Shown: piece by piece, positions 13,588 to 27,068 of the stretch | Numbering within the stretch: the stretch's first letter is position 1 | Layout of the letters: every line of letters starts with the position of its first letter | Origin: Catajapyx aquilonaris | Lineage: Eukaryota | Direction of reading: 5' to 3' | DNA length: 64,000 nucleotides | NCBI GenBank assembly: GCA_000934665.2 | Contig: KZ538024.1 | Coordinates: 62,001 to 126,000 of the forward strand | Notes under the pieces: model-generated | Told to the model about the DNA's origin: nothing | Seen by the model: only the letters and a program-made list of their open reading frames with translations | Databases searched by the model: none | Program-made: the position numbers and the translations under genes

Positions 13588-16500
13588 TACGGAAAAATGT
13601 ATCGGCAGAATATGTATTGTGAATAAATTAATACATACTCTCCAGAAAACCGGATTTAAATAGTATATCTTCTGTAAGCAATTTTTGTTACTTTTCATAT
13701 AACGAGCCTGTAGATATGAATCTCAGCTTCTCAAATGATCGGCACTTCAAGAATAATCAAATAATAACCGGCAGCATGCTGGGGAGTATCGACCCTGCCT
13801 TTATCGATATTTCCGGAGGGGTAGAGAGGGTTTCAATTCGCTGACAAGAGTGTGGCTAAAGCTACAAACCCCTTTCCCCGTTTCCTGGATAATGACTCCC
13901 AATTATCATTATTGGCCACGTTCCGATGTCTTAGCTCTTACCCCAACCATCTCATTGCTGGTGGTGGCCGTGAGGTAATTACGGAAATGGCTTGCACCTA
14001 GATTGTTTCGCCATGCACTTTTACGGCTTCATTTGTGCTGAAGTAGATTTACTGCCACTGCGCACGACAACTTTGGCCCAGGGTAAACCTTTTATGACCC
14101 TTACTTCACTTTCCTAACATTTAATGCCATTTTTTGGGAGGCACGTGGGACCAACTAATTTTTAGTCGATTTTAAAACAACTACTTTCATTGCACCTGTG
14201 CAGAATACCATGTGTTTCATAACGTAGCTCATCTCCGTGTCGGTAGAAAGTTTGAGGATTCTCCTGCATCAAGTTGCCCGTCACTGACACAGAATAATAA
14301 CAAGCAGTTTTTAAAGTAAATAAATAATAACAATTGCACAGGTTTATGCAGAATATGTTTCATTGTACAACAATGTACGCTAGAGAACCGCATTCCCCTT
14401 AATGGTAACTCCCAGATTCCCCAAAATCCATTTCTTGGTCTCCACGATTATTATGAGGCAGTGGTGCTAAAGGTGTCCTTTCATTAGTTTTAAGAGCAGC
14501 AGAGGTGTCGAATGATAAGGATCGATGACTACCTTTAAATAAGCTTTTGGAGCCTTTGAACTTGCCCGCCAGGTTCATTATTCACAATAAACTGTACAGT
14601 GCACTATAAAATGTATCATACTGCGTCATTACCCACAATACTTAAGTGCATTTTTGTCTATTTTTACAAAAGAATTTTACGATTAATCAAACTGAACATG
14701 ATGGAGTCAGTTCTGGAAACCTTCACACCCAGGAAGAAACTGGCACAGTGAAGGCAAACTGATTAGGCGCTAGACTAGGAGAGAAGCAACATATAGAATA
14801 TAAACCGTGGAGATGCCGTAATGAGGCCAATTCAAAGGGATACTTGTACCATGGGCTTGGTGAGGGTTCCCAGGGAAAATAAAATCCCAAGCCACGGTCG
14901 TTTGGACGCAACAAGACACCGACCGTTAACCGAACCTGCCACCCGGATGTATTTTTTTCCTCCCCACCTCCCTCTCCCCTTTCACCCCCACCCACGCCCC
15001 TGTTTCGATTTGTTAGAAGGGCGTCCGTTTGGAAATCATGGCTAGACTAGGGAAGCTGTGCCCATGCAAATTTATGTATATGGTAGCATCCGCGGACGGC
15101 ATGTGCGGAATTCCAAAATCCCTCTCTCAGAGGTAGCCAAATTCCCTAGGAAGCCACACTTTTCGATATACACACCGGAGGGGGCAATCTCCCCAAGGGT
15201 TCTTACTAAGAAAACTCTGGCCAAATTAGAATGAGGAAGGTCTCGAAAAATCAATTAGAAAGCACTTTCTAATCATACAGCGTGGAGGTTCCCATTACCC
15301 CCCAAGTTTTAATAAAGGAATTAATGTATGAGTAGGGGGAGGAGACCTGGCCCTCTAGGAAACACCACTTCTTCCACATAGTCGATTCTGAACCAGTCTG
15401 GTGGAAATTGAGCAGTCTGTCCTGACTTGTGGTGTTTTTGCCTGCTTAGCTCTGCACTCTATAACACAGGCTGTCACAGCACTTGCCCGGACGTGCTGAA
15501 TTCGTGCACAAAATTTTGTAACCGAAAAAAAACTTACAAAGTTTACTCCCAGAAAGTCGATGCACCGCAACCTAAAAGCCGAAACGTCGAGACCATCTGC
15601 TGGAGCAAAATTATCCCTATTCTTCTCCTCTCCTATTGTTACGGCGTTCGGAACATTACGTTTGATGAATACGAGCTTGTAAATTCTAGGGATAGAAAAA
15701 AATGAGCTTACTGTACCTTCCGAAGCAAGTTCCGAAAGCAAGCTACATGTCAGCGCTCCCCATGATGGACGGACCTGCAATAAAACCCAGAGGAGGGTTA
15801 TAATTACGCCCCCTTGATACAAAGTGTAGTATTTCATGTGCAGAAGTCGAGATACTCCAGCAACCTAGAGCAAGCAGACTCACTAAAAAAAAAACGTAAA
15901 AAAAAACATCAAGCCCAGAAGCTCATATTAAATAGCATCTCTCCCCTAGCTGGCCAAGGAATCATCATTTTCATTCCTACTTACTTTCATCTGAATCTCA
16001 CAGAGAAGACTAGAACAAACAGAGGGGAAGCCCACAGAACCTATCTGAGGGATCATCTCGTTTTGATTAAGATCCCAGTTCCCATCAGAAATCACTACTG
16101 GATCTCTCTGTCGGTTTTTCCTGCCCCCACTAGACGCCCCTCCCTGCAGAGCAAACTGCATCTCTAAATTGCCTCTTGGATTGAGGCTGACCAGCCGAGA
16201 TGAACCCACTCTAAATGGATAGCGAAGTCGTCTCAATTGTAACAGAGTGTAAAAACCATGGGGTTATGCACCCGAATCACATTACATGGGACTGGGCATG
16301 GATTACACTCCTGATGGCCTCATTTCATTTTACGACGCCCGAGGCGCTTGTCTTGCTAGTTGGAGAGATTATACGTGGCATCACTCACACAAATGATGGT
16401 CACCGATCACTTACAGTGTTGGACAAAAATGTGGCTAACTACTTCTGTGCTTTAATCTATGTGACTTATAATTTTTAAATTGAAGTTTCTGACGTGGGAT

Positions 16501-18499
16501 ATGAAATACGTTCTGAACAATCTTTTCAATTGGCCCATTTATTATGGGATGTAATGGTCGTGCTGAAGCAGCCAATGAAAAGCTTTCGGCGGCTATTGGG
16601 TTACTTCCTGGAGAGAGTACAAAAAACGATTCCTTCAGGTCTGTGGACACAACATAAATCTTCTGGAGGATGAAGCGCTCCTGTCACGAGTACAACAAAA
16701 TGCTTTAATCCCGCTCAGGTAATGATAACTGAGTGTTACTCCATTAAATTAGCCCCGTGTGCTGTCCCGGGGCCTCTTATATGAAAACCGCGCGTGTCCA
16801 AGAGTCATTTGTATGGTTCTCGACTGGCATTCCTTCGCTGGAAAAAAAGGGACCAAGTCATTTCATTTCATGATCCTATCCTCCCCTTCATGAAACCTTT
16901 GTGCTCGATACCCATGAGACAACGTGTCAAAGAAAGCTGCAATCTGTCGATTTTTTTTAATCCTGGTTTTTGCTTAGCCAGTGTGTGTATTTCGGAAGGC
17001 AAATGATCCGACTCGTGCCAAGTTCTGCTTCTTGCGTGCAGAACCTTAATGGTTTTGGCGATCATGCCTGATAACAAGGTGAAAGTAATAGAGAGTTTAA
17101 AAAAAAAGTAAAGGTGAAAAATGTTGATGGACTTTATGGAAACGAATTGTTGTAGAGCCCAAGTGCAGTTGAATGTTTCACAGATACTGTGTAAGCTATA
17201 GGATTCATAGAGAGGACAACCGATAGATTTATCATAATATTGATTTCAGCGTAGGGGAGAGAGGGGGGTAAAAAATCCGACCGCCGTTTTTCCAGCAAGC
17301 TAATTGCCTCATAATTTTCGCATTAACAGCCAAACAGGTTGATGACCAGGAAAATCAATTTTGCAAGCAGTGTTATGAATTCCACAAGTTGCTAGCAAAA
17401 TTTAATGTGATCTGCCTCAACTTGCAATTATAAATATGGGGCCTGGAGTCTGATCAAGTCTACCTTGTAATTATGGAAGCGGAAAATGATGCATCCAACG
17501 GCCTGAATAATGCTCTAGGGTCTCTCACATTCGGGAACGACGGTCCCTCCCCCCCCCCCCTCCCGCAAAACAGATCGTTTGCAATAGTGATCTGTCCGCA
17601 AAAGTATGTGATAATGGGTAATCCTGGATTAGAGGAGCCCCCCTCAGAAGCCTTGTGTCAAGGCAATGCCTCCGGACATTCATTCAAGCCCCTTGTTATG
17701 GAGATCATCTATCGATCGTGACTATCAGCCGCGTTATTTACACGGTCATCTCAGGGATGATCGCTTGCAGAAGCAATAGTTCTTTACCATCAGTAGTGTT
17801 CTACTAAGCCTATGCACCAACCACTAATATTGTTGATAGTTGGCGCCAGTGTGATACTGATTTATTTCTTGTGGACACGTTATTCGTGATACACTTTATT
17901 AATGGCGATAATATCTGCGGATTATACTGGATGTGTATCACATGATAAAATGGTTCCAGTCACGTCACTTGATGATATTGTCGTCGCATCCGTCACTATA
18001 GGATCAAATCTGTCCCTTCGGGTCATTATTGGCATTTCGACATGAATCGTATTGGTCTGGTTTGGTTGCAAACAGGCCTACTGCTGCAAAAGGTCGCGTC
18101 CACCTACACGGTCGACAAGACATAGAAATTCTGACAGAAAAAAATATTGGGTTCAGAATCGAATTTCTATAGTAGGCTATAGAACTGGACTGGATCGAAT
18201 GGCTCGGTAATTGTTAAAAATAACATGTACTATATTGGTCAAATATATTTAACCGATAGGGTTATTGAATTTCGTTTCAATACAAAATGGTCTCATCTGT
18301 TTGAGCGAATAAGTACTTTAAGTGATTATTTTATAATTTGTAATTATACAATGCATATCATTATCATTAAATAAAATATAGGTGTATTGTTTTATTTTAA
18401 TACATTATTACTGTAGTAGCATAAGCTGCCACTTGCATTTTCATTGAGAACTTTCTAATACTTTTGAGCCTATCACTACGCTGCTGATGTATTCTAATA

Positions 18500-18643
18500 G
18501 TAGAGACCCCTAGGAAACTCACACGAACACGGAGAGAACCCAATGAAACTCTTACACTTTAAGACAAATCTCTTCCTGACCCGTGCCGTGGATCGAATAA
18601 GAAACCTCAGAACTGAAGTCTGTGGGCCTAACCACTACTCCAT
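18500..18643 (-). mobile_element. Degenerate tRNA-derived SINE with V-domain-like body (copy 2)
   Basis: Minus strand gtagtggttagg (A-box) ... attcgatcc (B-box) ... gttctctccgtgttcgtgtgagtttcct. Homologous to 1395-1557. Confidence 0.55.
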
Positions 18644-21600
18644 ATCATATTGTGTAATCTTATACTGTACATGGTCAAACTCGATGAGAACAAAAGTTAA
18701 TCGAATTACGCGGCTTCTCTTTTGTGGAACACAAGACAATTTTTGTTTTTCCGGATTGAAAAAAAGAGAATGAAAAGGACACAGAAGCGAGTGATATTTT
18801 CCTCTCTGCGTAGATGCTCCACATATGATGCAAAATCCGTCTGGAAAACGTGGGCCGATGGTATCAGATGCTAATTCCGGTTGTACATTTTGATACTCCA
18901 GCAACATGTTCCGCCGAACCATTTTGCATACTTATGCCCGCGTAGAATGGCCGGCCGGATGAAGATGCATATTTTAATTTCAAAGAGCAATCATCGGAAT
19001 TTATAGTAGGTGTAATTAGCCCCCGTGTTGTATAGGCAAATCACCTTTTTCCCCTCACCTCAAACGGGGCGATCTATCAGAGTCTATTCGGCAGTAAAAA
19101 AGTGCTGATTACTCCAAACCTACCCATCCTGCACCATTAGTTCAAGAGTTTGCAGCTGGACAATGCATATCCCAGCAGTTTGCAATTCAGATACGCGTCT
19201 CATTCATAACAAATTGCTACCTTATAAGTCCCATGTATAATTTAACGGTCACCCTGCACCGCATTAAAAGCATTTGCAGACTACGCCTTCCCCGCAGCAC
19301 AATTTAATTACGGAATGTAATGGTCGTGTCAGGTTGAGTGGACTATGCGTTGTGGATGGTACTTTGGAGAGGACGCGGACATTCATTCCGAAGCGACACT
19401 CTGGTCCTGGATGGCAAGCGCTGCAGTTAACATCTTTGTCAGAAAATTCCATATTGCAACAGCTATCTATAGTGTAGACATATTGACAACGCCATAATCG
19501 CAGCTACTGTGGGTGACACAGTTTCAGCAGTTTTTGAAAATACAATACTGACCACAATTACTATAAACGAGATGCGCTTTTATGGAGATGATCATGTTAT
19601 AGGAGAGAGCCACATTTTTTTTGCAGTGATTTTGGGCCGAGTAACTGCATAAAATGTTACCTTAATATGCAGGCCACTGCTGTTTTATTTAAATTTTCTG
19701 CGCAATATTAAATTTACAATAGAATTAAGCGGTACCAGTATTCTGCCTCGCACAATCACATTCGCTTGGCCTATACATGCAAAGTGTATAAATTCCCAGC
19801 AAAACATGTCATAAAATGTTAACCCGGTGTGCTTATTTGCATTGATTGTCCTACACTAATGAACTACTAAACTCGGTCATTAACCACGCAAAAATGGCCA
19901 ACAATGGGCATTCCAGAAAATCAGTGTCGACGTATCACAGAATACCATTTAAACTACATAAAAATGATTAATTCCGCCTTTTGTCTCCCTGTTCCACATC
20001 GTGCCCCAGAATTACGCCGGAATATTCCACCGCTGTTTTTCCCATCGATTTCGATTGGCCCTTCTTTGTTCCTGTTAATGGAAGTCGACACGCAAATGGG
20101 AATTCTCAATCATTGAAAACACTCCCTGGCGTGTTAAGAAGCCCAGACGACTTCCGAAATTCCTTTTCCATTCCAAAATAGTCAGGGAAATTCAGTGATT
20201 TTTATAGCGTTGCGTTGGCCTGATTGTAAAATGCCTTTTTTATTGTATCATTTGTTATTCGGGGCTATTTTCCAAATTGTCAACACATTATTCTCGGCTA
20301 AACCCACTTGACCCCGCGAACACTCCCTTTTCCAATAGACTGCGTATCATTGGTGAGGCGCGATTTGGTCATAAAAATTGAAAATTCATTACTTTCTCCA
20401 TCTTACACAATAAGTCGTCAAATCAAAACAATCTATTTTACCACAGTAAAAAATACCACCTGTAGGAGGAGGGTATCACCCCCCGAGTTGGGCACCAATA
20501 ACTTATATCTGCATGAATACTGTATTCCTATCAGCGATGGTTATCAATATAGCCTCTTGTCGTGTTGTCCATTTTTTTTTTCTGTCTGCACCAAATCTCG
20601 CATGATATTGCCGAAAGCTCATGTGGAAGGAGCCGGATATAATAAGCAAGCAGAGCTATGCAATTTCCACCAGGCCTATTCTTCATAGTACGTGGGAAAT
20701 GCATTGTTTATAATCGAGACCTAGTATTGCGTGCAGGCAAGAACCATCCCTGGGTGCAGGATAAGCATACGAATCGTTCCAAGTGTGCAGCATTTCCTTA
20801 TAGCCAGTAAGGAACGTGTAAGTCCCTAACCTGTTATCAATCCTGGACACAATGGCTGCACATGTAGCAGGCCTCTCAATAATGTCGGACATCTCGATTT
20901 CCTCCCCTATTATAAGCCAGTAGCGTGTCACAACAACTAGGCATACTTGGCATCATGCTATTCGTCGATCATCACGAAATGCTTTCTTCATTCAGCTTGA
21001 ATCCTATTGAAAAGCCATTCTGTGTGACTTAATCAACACCTATATATGATTCAGGACAGTGCATATAAACTGCGCATTCATAAAACGTGCCCATTCAAGT
21101 CAGTAAACTAGAGCACACAACATGCCCGGATGATCATGACATGAAGAATGATTGCGCATATTTCGCTTTGCGGAACATAAAGGGTTGGACCCTCAAATTT
21201 TTATGCGGTTTAAGTACTTATAAATGCAAGTTTTAGTTCATCCATCACATTTCATGAGCAGTACGTCAGCATTTCAACACGCATCCTTATTTATGCCCTA
21301 CGTATATATGTCAACCCACACTATTGCCAACAGGAATCCTTCCAAGTTTCTCCTTCTTTACGACTCAGGATTCCCAGAAATCAACACGTAGTGCTTCCAG
21401 GAGTGGCTAGGCGCGATAAGCGCAAAAATACGATACCGCAAATGAACGGAATGGAATCTGCTCTGGGGTAACACCCGCATTCCTAGAATTTATTCAGCAG
21501 TGATATTGACGCCAGTCCTAGCACACGTGTAATGGTCTGACCCAAATACTCACCTGCTGCCAGCAATAATCCGATTCAAGTTACCTGTTGCTTATGCAAA

Positions 21601-22682
21601 AAAAAACCCACCCGTCACAAACCTATTAAACTTGCTATGAATCCAATTATTTTATCCGTTTAGTCGCTCCAAACACGTTCAGTTGACCTGAGCTGATACC
21701 CACTGACGGACGACCGCTTTCGATAGGAAATTACCAAAAGATCAATTGTCACTTATAAATCAATCATGGCCGTCACGTGCTTCTTTTTCTTTAGCAATAA
21801 AGTCTGAAGACGGAAAAAAACAACGGGGGGGGGGAAGAAAGGAATAAAAATAACAGACCTTTCCTGCTTCCACTTCCATTATGCATGGGACTTGAAATCG
21901 CGATTTGGAAACGTACACAGCTGCCGTGTTTCGGTTTCCAACGTACTTAACTTTACACCCGCAATCTACACCCTCTCATTCATCCTCACAATGAGCTACA
22001 TAAATATTTGAAGCCCCCCCAGCATTCTTCGCCATGGCATCGAATTAATAACAGGCCCCCAGAACCCCCAACTGAAACAAGACTTGTTTCCGGGAAACCA
22101 GACTCTGATAATGTTCGCTTCTGCTTCGATTCCCACCCAATTGCACCCGTTTGTACCCGACGATAAATCCGGTTATTATTTCCACCCGACGGGTCTAACA
22201 TGCAACCGGTGCAAGTTGAGAGGACCAGGCTTGGTAGATGGGGTTTGGGTAATATTCACATTGAGAACCCAGCAGTCATCGTGTAAATTTTTATTACGGG
22301 TTGCTACCCTGATTCTACGTAAAGTTCTGTTGTGTGGGTGGGTGGTAGGTACTCGGGCAAAAAAGTTAACAGCTCAATAATACGTGCATGTGAGAGGCAG
22401 CGATGCATGTGTGCGTGTCTGCCTCACCTCATGAATAATAGAATGAACGGAAAGAGTAGGAGAGCGAGAGGTGGGGGTGGGGGAGCTTAAAGTGACCGAA
22501 ACGTAATGGGTAATGGGAACTGGCCATAAGTGCTTCCTCATTACCCAGATTTTAATGTCAATCTTTAGGGCCGGTTGCATTGACCACGGTTAAGTGCTGG
22601 TTAACAAACCGCAGATTTTTTTTATTGAAGGTTTAAGCGGCATGCTGATTGCATATATAGAGACACTATTTTGTAGGCTACG

Positions 22683-22904
22683 CTTTCGTATCGGGAGATC
22701 CCGCACTTTTACCTACTCTCCTAGGCGTGTATCATCTGAAGGATAGGTGTGTATCCGATGAAGGATAGGTGTGTATCCGATGAAGGATAGGCGTGTATCC
22801 GATGAAGGATAGGCGTGTATCCGCTAGGAAGGAAGGTTAGGCCATGGGGTTGGTTGATGCAGCGTGTCCCTACCCCTGACACGTCCAGTCTCCTATTCCG
22901 AAAG
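22683..22904. mobile_element. Non-autonomous element with about 4.6 tandem 22-bp hairpin units (TGAAGGATAGGYGTGTATCCGA); possibly Helentron/HINE-like
   Basis: Tandem units at 22722-22823. Imperfect inverted arms at 22683-22698 and 22889-22904. The core is shared with 46113-46210. Confidence 0.5.
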
Positions 22905-23674
22905 TCCTTCTATTGAACTAGTGCAAGGTGATGTAATGAAAATTCTAATTCGTAAGTGAGCGGTTAACATGGCGTCAGTTTGCTGGTCGATTCTGACATT
23001 TGGTAGATTTGGACAGGGGGGCTTGGGGCTATATAGGGGAAGGAATCATGCCATAATTAATTAAAGGTGATGGCCAAATACCGCGAATAGTGGTTATAAT
23101 TTTTCGTCATTTAGGTTGCTATGATTAGTGTGAGCCTGCTGTGTTGGAGAAACTGGCCGTTATAGCTACATAGTTTGAAATTATTACTATGCGCAGGGTT
23201 GGCGACTTCGGATCACACTCACAGCCATGTAAAAATTTCACCTCATATGTGCATTAATAGGAAAATTTTTCCGATTTGGGAATACTACCAACTCCCAAAT
23301 GGCTAATCCATGCGTTCAAACTTTTTTTTCCCCCTCTGAGTAATCAATTTAAATAATTTTCCTCGCTCGGGCTGGCGAGTGGTCGATTTCGCACGGATTT
23401 TCAAATGTAGAATGACTACCTACCGTGTTGTCCTCGTATGCTCTGTAAATAGGTCCTATTACGATATTTCATTCCAATGTTTGGTCTCCAAGCAGCGATG
23501 AAAACTTTTAGGGCAAATATTAAAAATTGAATACTAATATTATAAAAAGAATATAATACCTGATTTTAGCCATTAGAAAGTATAAGTTCCATATTGTCGA
23601 TAAACTGCATATATCATTGAACTACATACAATGCTTATACTAAACATACATCTGCATAAAATACAATATGATAA

Positions 23675-23841
23675 GGTTCCCTTTACACCAGGATATTCTC
23701 GCGTAGCTGACGCAGCTCTTCATGAATCAGACATCCGCTACATTGTTGATGACACAGATTAGTGGTGCCACCTTAACAAAAGATCTCTGATTAGTGCATC
23801 TCTGCGTGAGCTACACGATAACGTCATCATGCAAAACGACC
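23675..23841. mobile_element. Degenerate inverted-repeat element, possibly a Harbinger-like MITE
   Basis: tcgcgtagctgacgcag ... ctgcgtgagctacacga and aatcagacatc / gatctctgatt form nested imperfect inverted repeats. Confidence 0.4.
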
Positions 23842-26800
23842 ATTGCATTGCAGGGCAATTTTTACATTTTGGATCAATTAAAGAGACTAAGAGAGATCAT
23901 ATTTATTATTTTTAATCACATAGGTGCAATAATGAAATAAATCAAATTGTTTGATTAAACCAGCATTAATCTCATATAAGTCCCCAACGCTCCTACCAAG
24001 AATGGTTCAAATCCTAGTTCCATAGGTGTGCCAAGTTATTACTTCCACCAGTACGACCATGTCCAAGCACAACTCCCATAAGGAAGTGAGGTGTGTATAA
24101 TCGAAGAACGTGCTAGTGAAGCATGTGCCATATAGCGTGACTATATATTTACCTACACACCAGCTATAACACAACCGTGCAGCCAATGGAAAATTCCTTT
24201 TACGTCGTCTAGGTATCGCGTCCGCTTCTTTGGCTGCGTAAATGACAGACGACCTTTCTGACCATAAGCCACCAGCCTGCAGTCTCCTGCTGTGCATTTC
24301 ATATGCCCCCATACACTCTCTTAGATGGCAGGTACCGGATGACCACACTTTTCCTCAACAACCTGCATTGCGGAGGGCATGGATGGCTCAAAGTCTGTTT
24401 TGCATGGCACTTTAATCAACCTTCTGGTTCGTCTATTATTTTAAGCTAATCATACATATTGTACGATTCGCTAGTTACTTTTAATATCACGTGTTATGGG
24501 CAACCTCTAATAGCAGTTAAATATTCTGGGCTATCATTCCGGCTCAATTCCCCTGCTCTTATTAATTAGGCTCATGTTGGTGCGAAACAATTACCTCTCC
24601 CTAATTTCAAACTGCGGCATGTTTCAAGTCAACAAGGTTTTTCCTATAGACCTGGCTTTAATTATGTGGCGGAATTTTCGCAATACTGACTGAGTACGAC
24701 GTCCCGACTTTTTTCTTCGGTTTATTGCCCGAACCAGGAGTGCAAAATGCACAAAGGCAAATACAACGAAATCTGGCACAATTCCAGTCAGATTGGCTGC
24801 CCTGCGAACAATTATTTATCCCAAGGACACAATGTGACGTTCCATGGCGGAAATTATAAATTCCAGTGCACTTTGAATGCCGCCATCGGTCGAATTCTGA
24901 ATGGCCACGACTGCTACACAGTCATGCAAATTTCAGCCTAGCTTCAAAGCGAAACTAGTGGTTTTCAGATACGGAAAAAAAAGTTGATCTCTCCCCTCTC
25001 CATATGCACAATTCCACTGAAATCATATTTCACAATAAATCTGAAACATCTCTTGTTAAGCTACCCTGTGATCCGACTCCCTGACAGAGCAGTTGGAGTC
25101 AATAAATCCTGACTATGCGCCTGCCAAAAGTGACATTCCCATGACACCTTCCATTTTTGGAAGCCATAGCCTGAAGGAAGATGCTTTAAGTGAAGGGCGG
25201 CAAAGAGAAGTTACAGATTCTTGTCGATCCCTCAACATTTCTTTCTACGGGTTAATCCCTTCTGAGTGATGGGCGGTAATTATCTCACTGCCTGTGATGT
25301 ATGACTTGTTTGGAGCAGCCGCCATGCAGCTCAACGGCTCATTACTGTCGCCTCGTGTTACCTGTTGACACCTTTGCCCAAGTGCGCCCGGGGGACTCGA
25401 CGGGAGAGGGGGTGAGAGGGGGGGGGAAGGGGGAAAATGTCGGTTATGTGATACTGCTGTGCAGGTACAAACCTTTGCCCTTATAGCTATATGCACTATA
25501 GTAAGCTAGGATTCAACGGTTGGCAACTCCAATATTCCATAAGTCTGAAAGCTCTAATATTGATCCGATGCAAATCAAGTCACGAGCTCCATAAGGAGAA
25601 TCCCTTCATTTCTGTGCCAGGTTTCCATAATCTGCCTACATCAGCAGAATAATGTATAACCGGTCCCAGGAAAAACAACTTATTATGGCGCAGCACGAGT
25701 TTTCAGACAGCCCAACTTCTATCCATGTATTTTTGCCAACATATTCTGCACTGATCAGATTAAACAAGCGACGTGGAGATTAGCTCACACTGCATGAAAC
25801 CCCTCAAATAAATAATAGATCCCTCCAATTCTCTGTAGGCCAAGAGTGATTGCAGGTAAGGTAAATGATACTTGTAGTTCCGCAATGCAACAGTGGGTCT
25901 CTTCCACAAAAAAAAGCCACAAATGTCCCTGCATATGGAAAGCACTAGGCCCGTAAAGATCCCTTAGCTGTCACCTTCCCAGTGTAATCACCAACTTCAC
26001 ATGCGTGAGCTCCAAGTGAAATCCTGTGTGTAACGAGGCAATTTATACATATACAAGACCCCGAGGGCCATTAAGTCACTTAGGGAGATATTCTATTACA
26101 GGCGGCGTGAGGCTAGCGCATGGACAAGGATGCTCCTTTTACTCGGGACGCCATTAAAGTTTACACTTGCAGGCACCCGGGACTATGTTAACTGCAAATT
26201 CGCGCCGTAACTAGAGATTGGACGTTGTTTTCCAAGACCAGTTGCCTATTTGTCAGTGTCTTGTGTCACCCGAGCCCCCAAAGAGAGTCCTATTCACTGT
26301 GGAGATTAAACAAAGTAAGCCCATCCCATAATAGGATGGAAAACTGGAGACTGGCTAGGATTTTGGAAGGCTCCTTTTGGGAGACTTCATTACGTGTGCT
26401 GTGGGGGGAAGGCTTTCATTCATTACTTGACTTATTGCAAATTGGAGCTGAAAAGGCGAGCATATGTGCACGCTCGCACATTAGTATTCCAGTGGGTTGT
26501 GCTGCGCATACCCCATGTTTGCAGTTATCCGGCGTCCATCGTTTCTTTGGAAAACACGATGCAGCGTGTTTGGGGGGTTTCGTGACAGGCGAGGAAACAC
26601 TCGAATGGACGATAACTAGGGGTCCAGAAATGTACTGAGGTCTATTGGCCTCGGCACACGATGAGATAGTCTGGGTAATATTACTATAGCTAACAGCAAT
26701 AGACAGTTGATATAGCCTACATGACTGTGGGCATTCAAATTTCGACAGTTAATTTTTTAAATAATATATATTGGAACCGAAAGCAGATGCAGGTGGAAAT

Positions 26801-26852
26801 GTTCGTTTAGTCAATTATTATTGTCGACATTCCATTTTCTGGGATCAATATA

Positions 26853-27068
26853 CAGGGTGCTCAACTTTTTTGTCCGAACAGCAGTTATCGGAAACATTGC
26901 ACTAAGCTGCTACTTTGTAAGCAGTGTATGCCACTTCAACCGAAGATTCGCAGGGAATATTCCCCATTCCTCCAACAAACCGGTTGCAAGTCACTGCTGG
27001 TTACAAACTAGCAGCTTATAGTGCAATATTTCCGATAACTGTCCGGACAAAAAAGTTTAGACACCCTG
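26853..27068. mobile_element. Tc1/mariner-type MITE, internally deleted member of the family also at 52289
   Basis: TA-CAGGGTG...CACCCTG-TA termini and roughly 75-bp imperfect TIRs. Strong similarity to 52289-52618. Confidence 0.85.

Noticed and set aside
16708..16724. Recursive splice site candidates (cag|gtaatg here; also near 4804 and 25856) in the long intron
   Set aside because: Polypyrimidine tracts or donors are weak, and such matches are expected by chance in 33 kb.
22722..22823. CRISPR-like array of palindromic 22-bp repeats
   Set aside because: The units are contiguous with no unique spacers, there are no cas genes, and the context is a eukaryotic intron.
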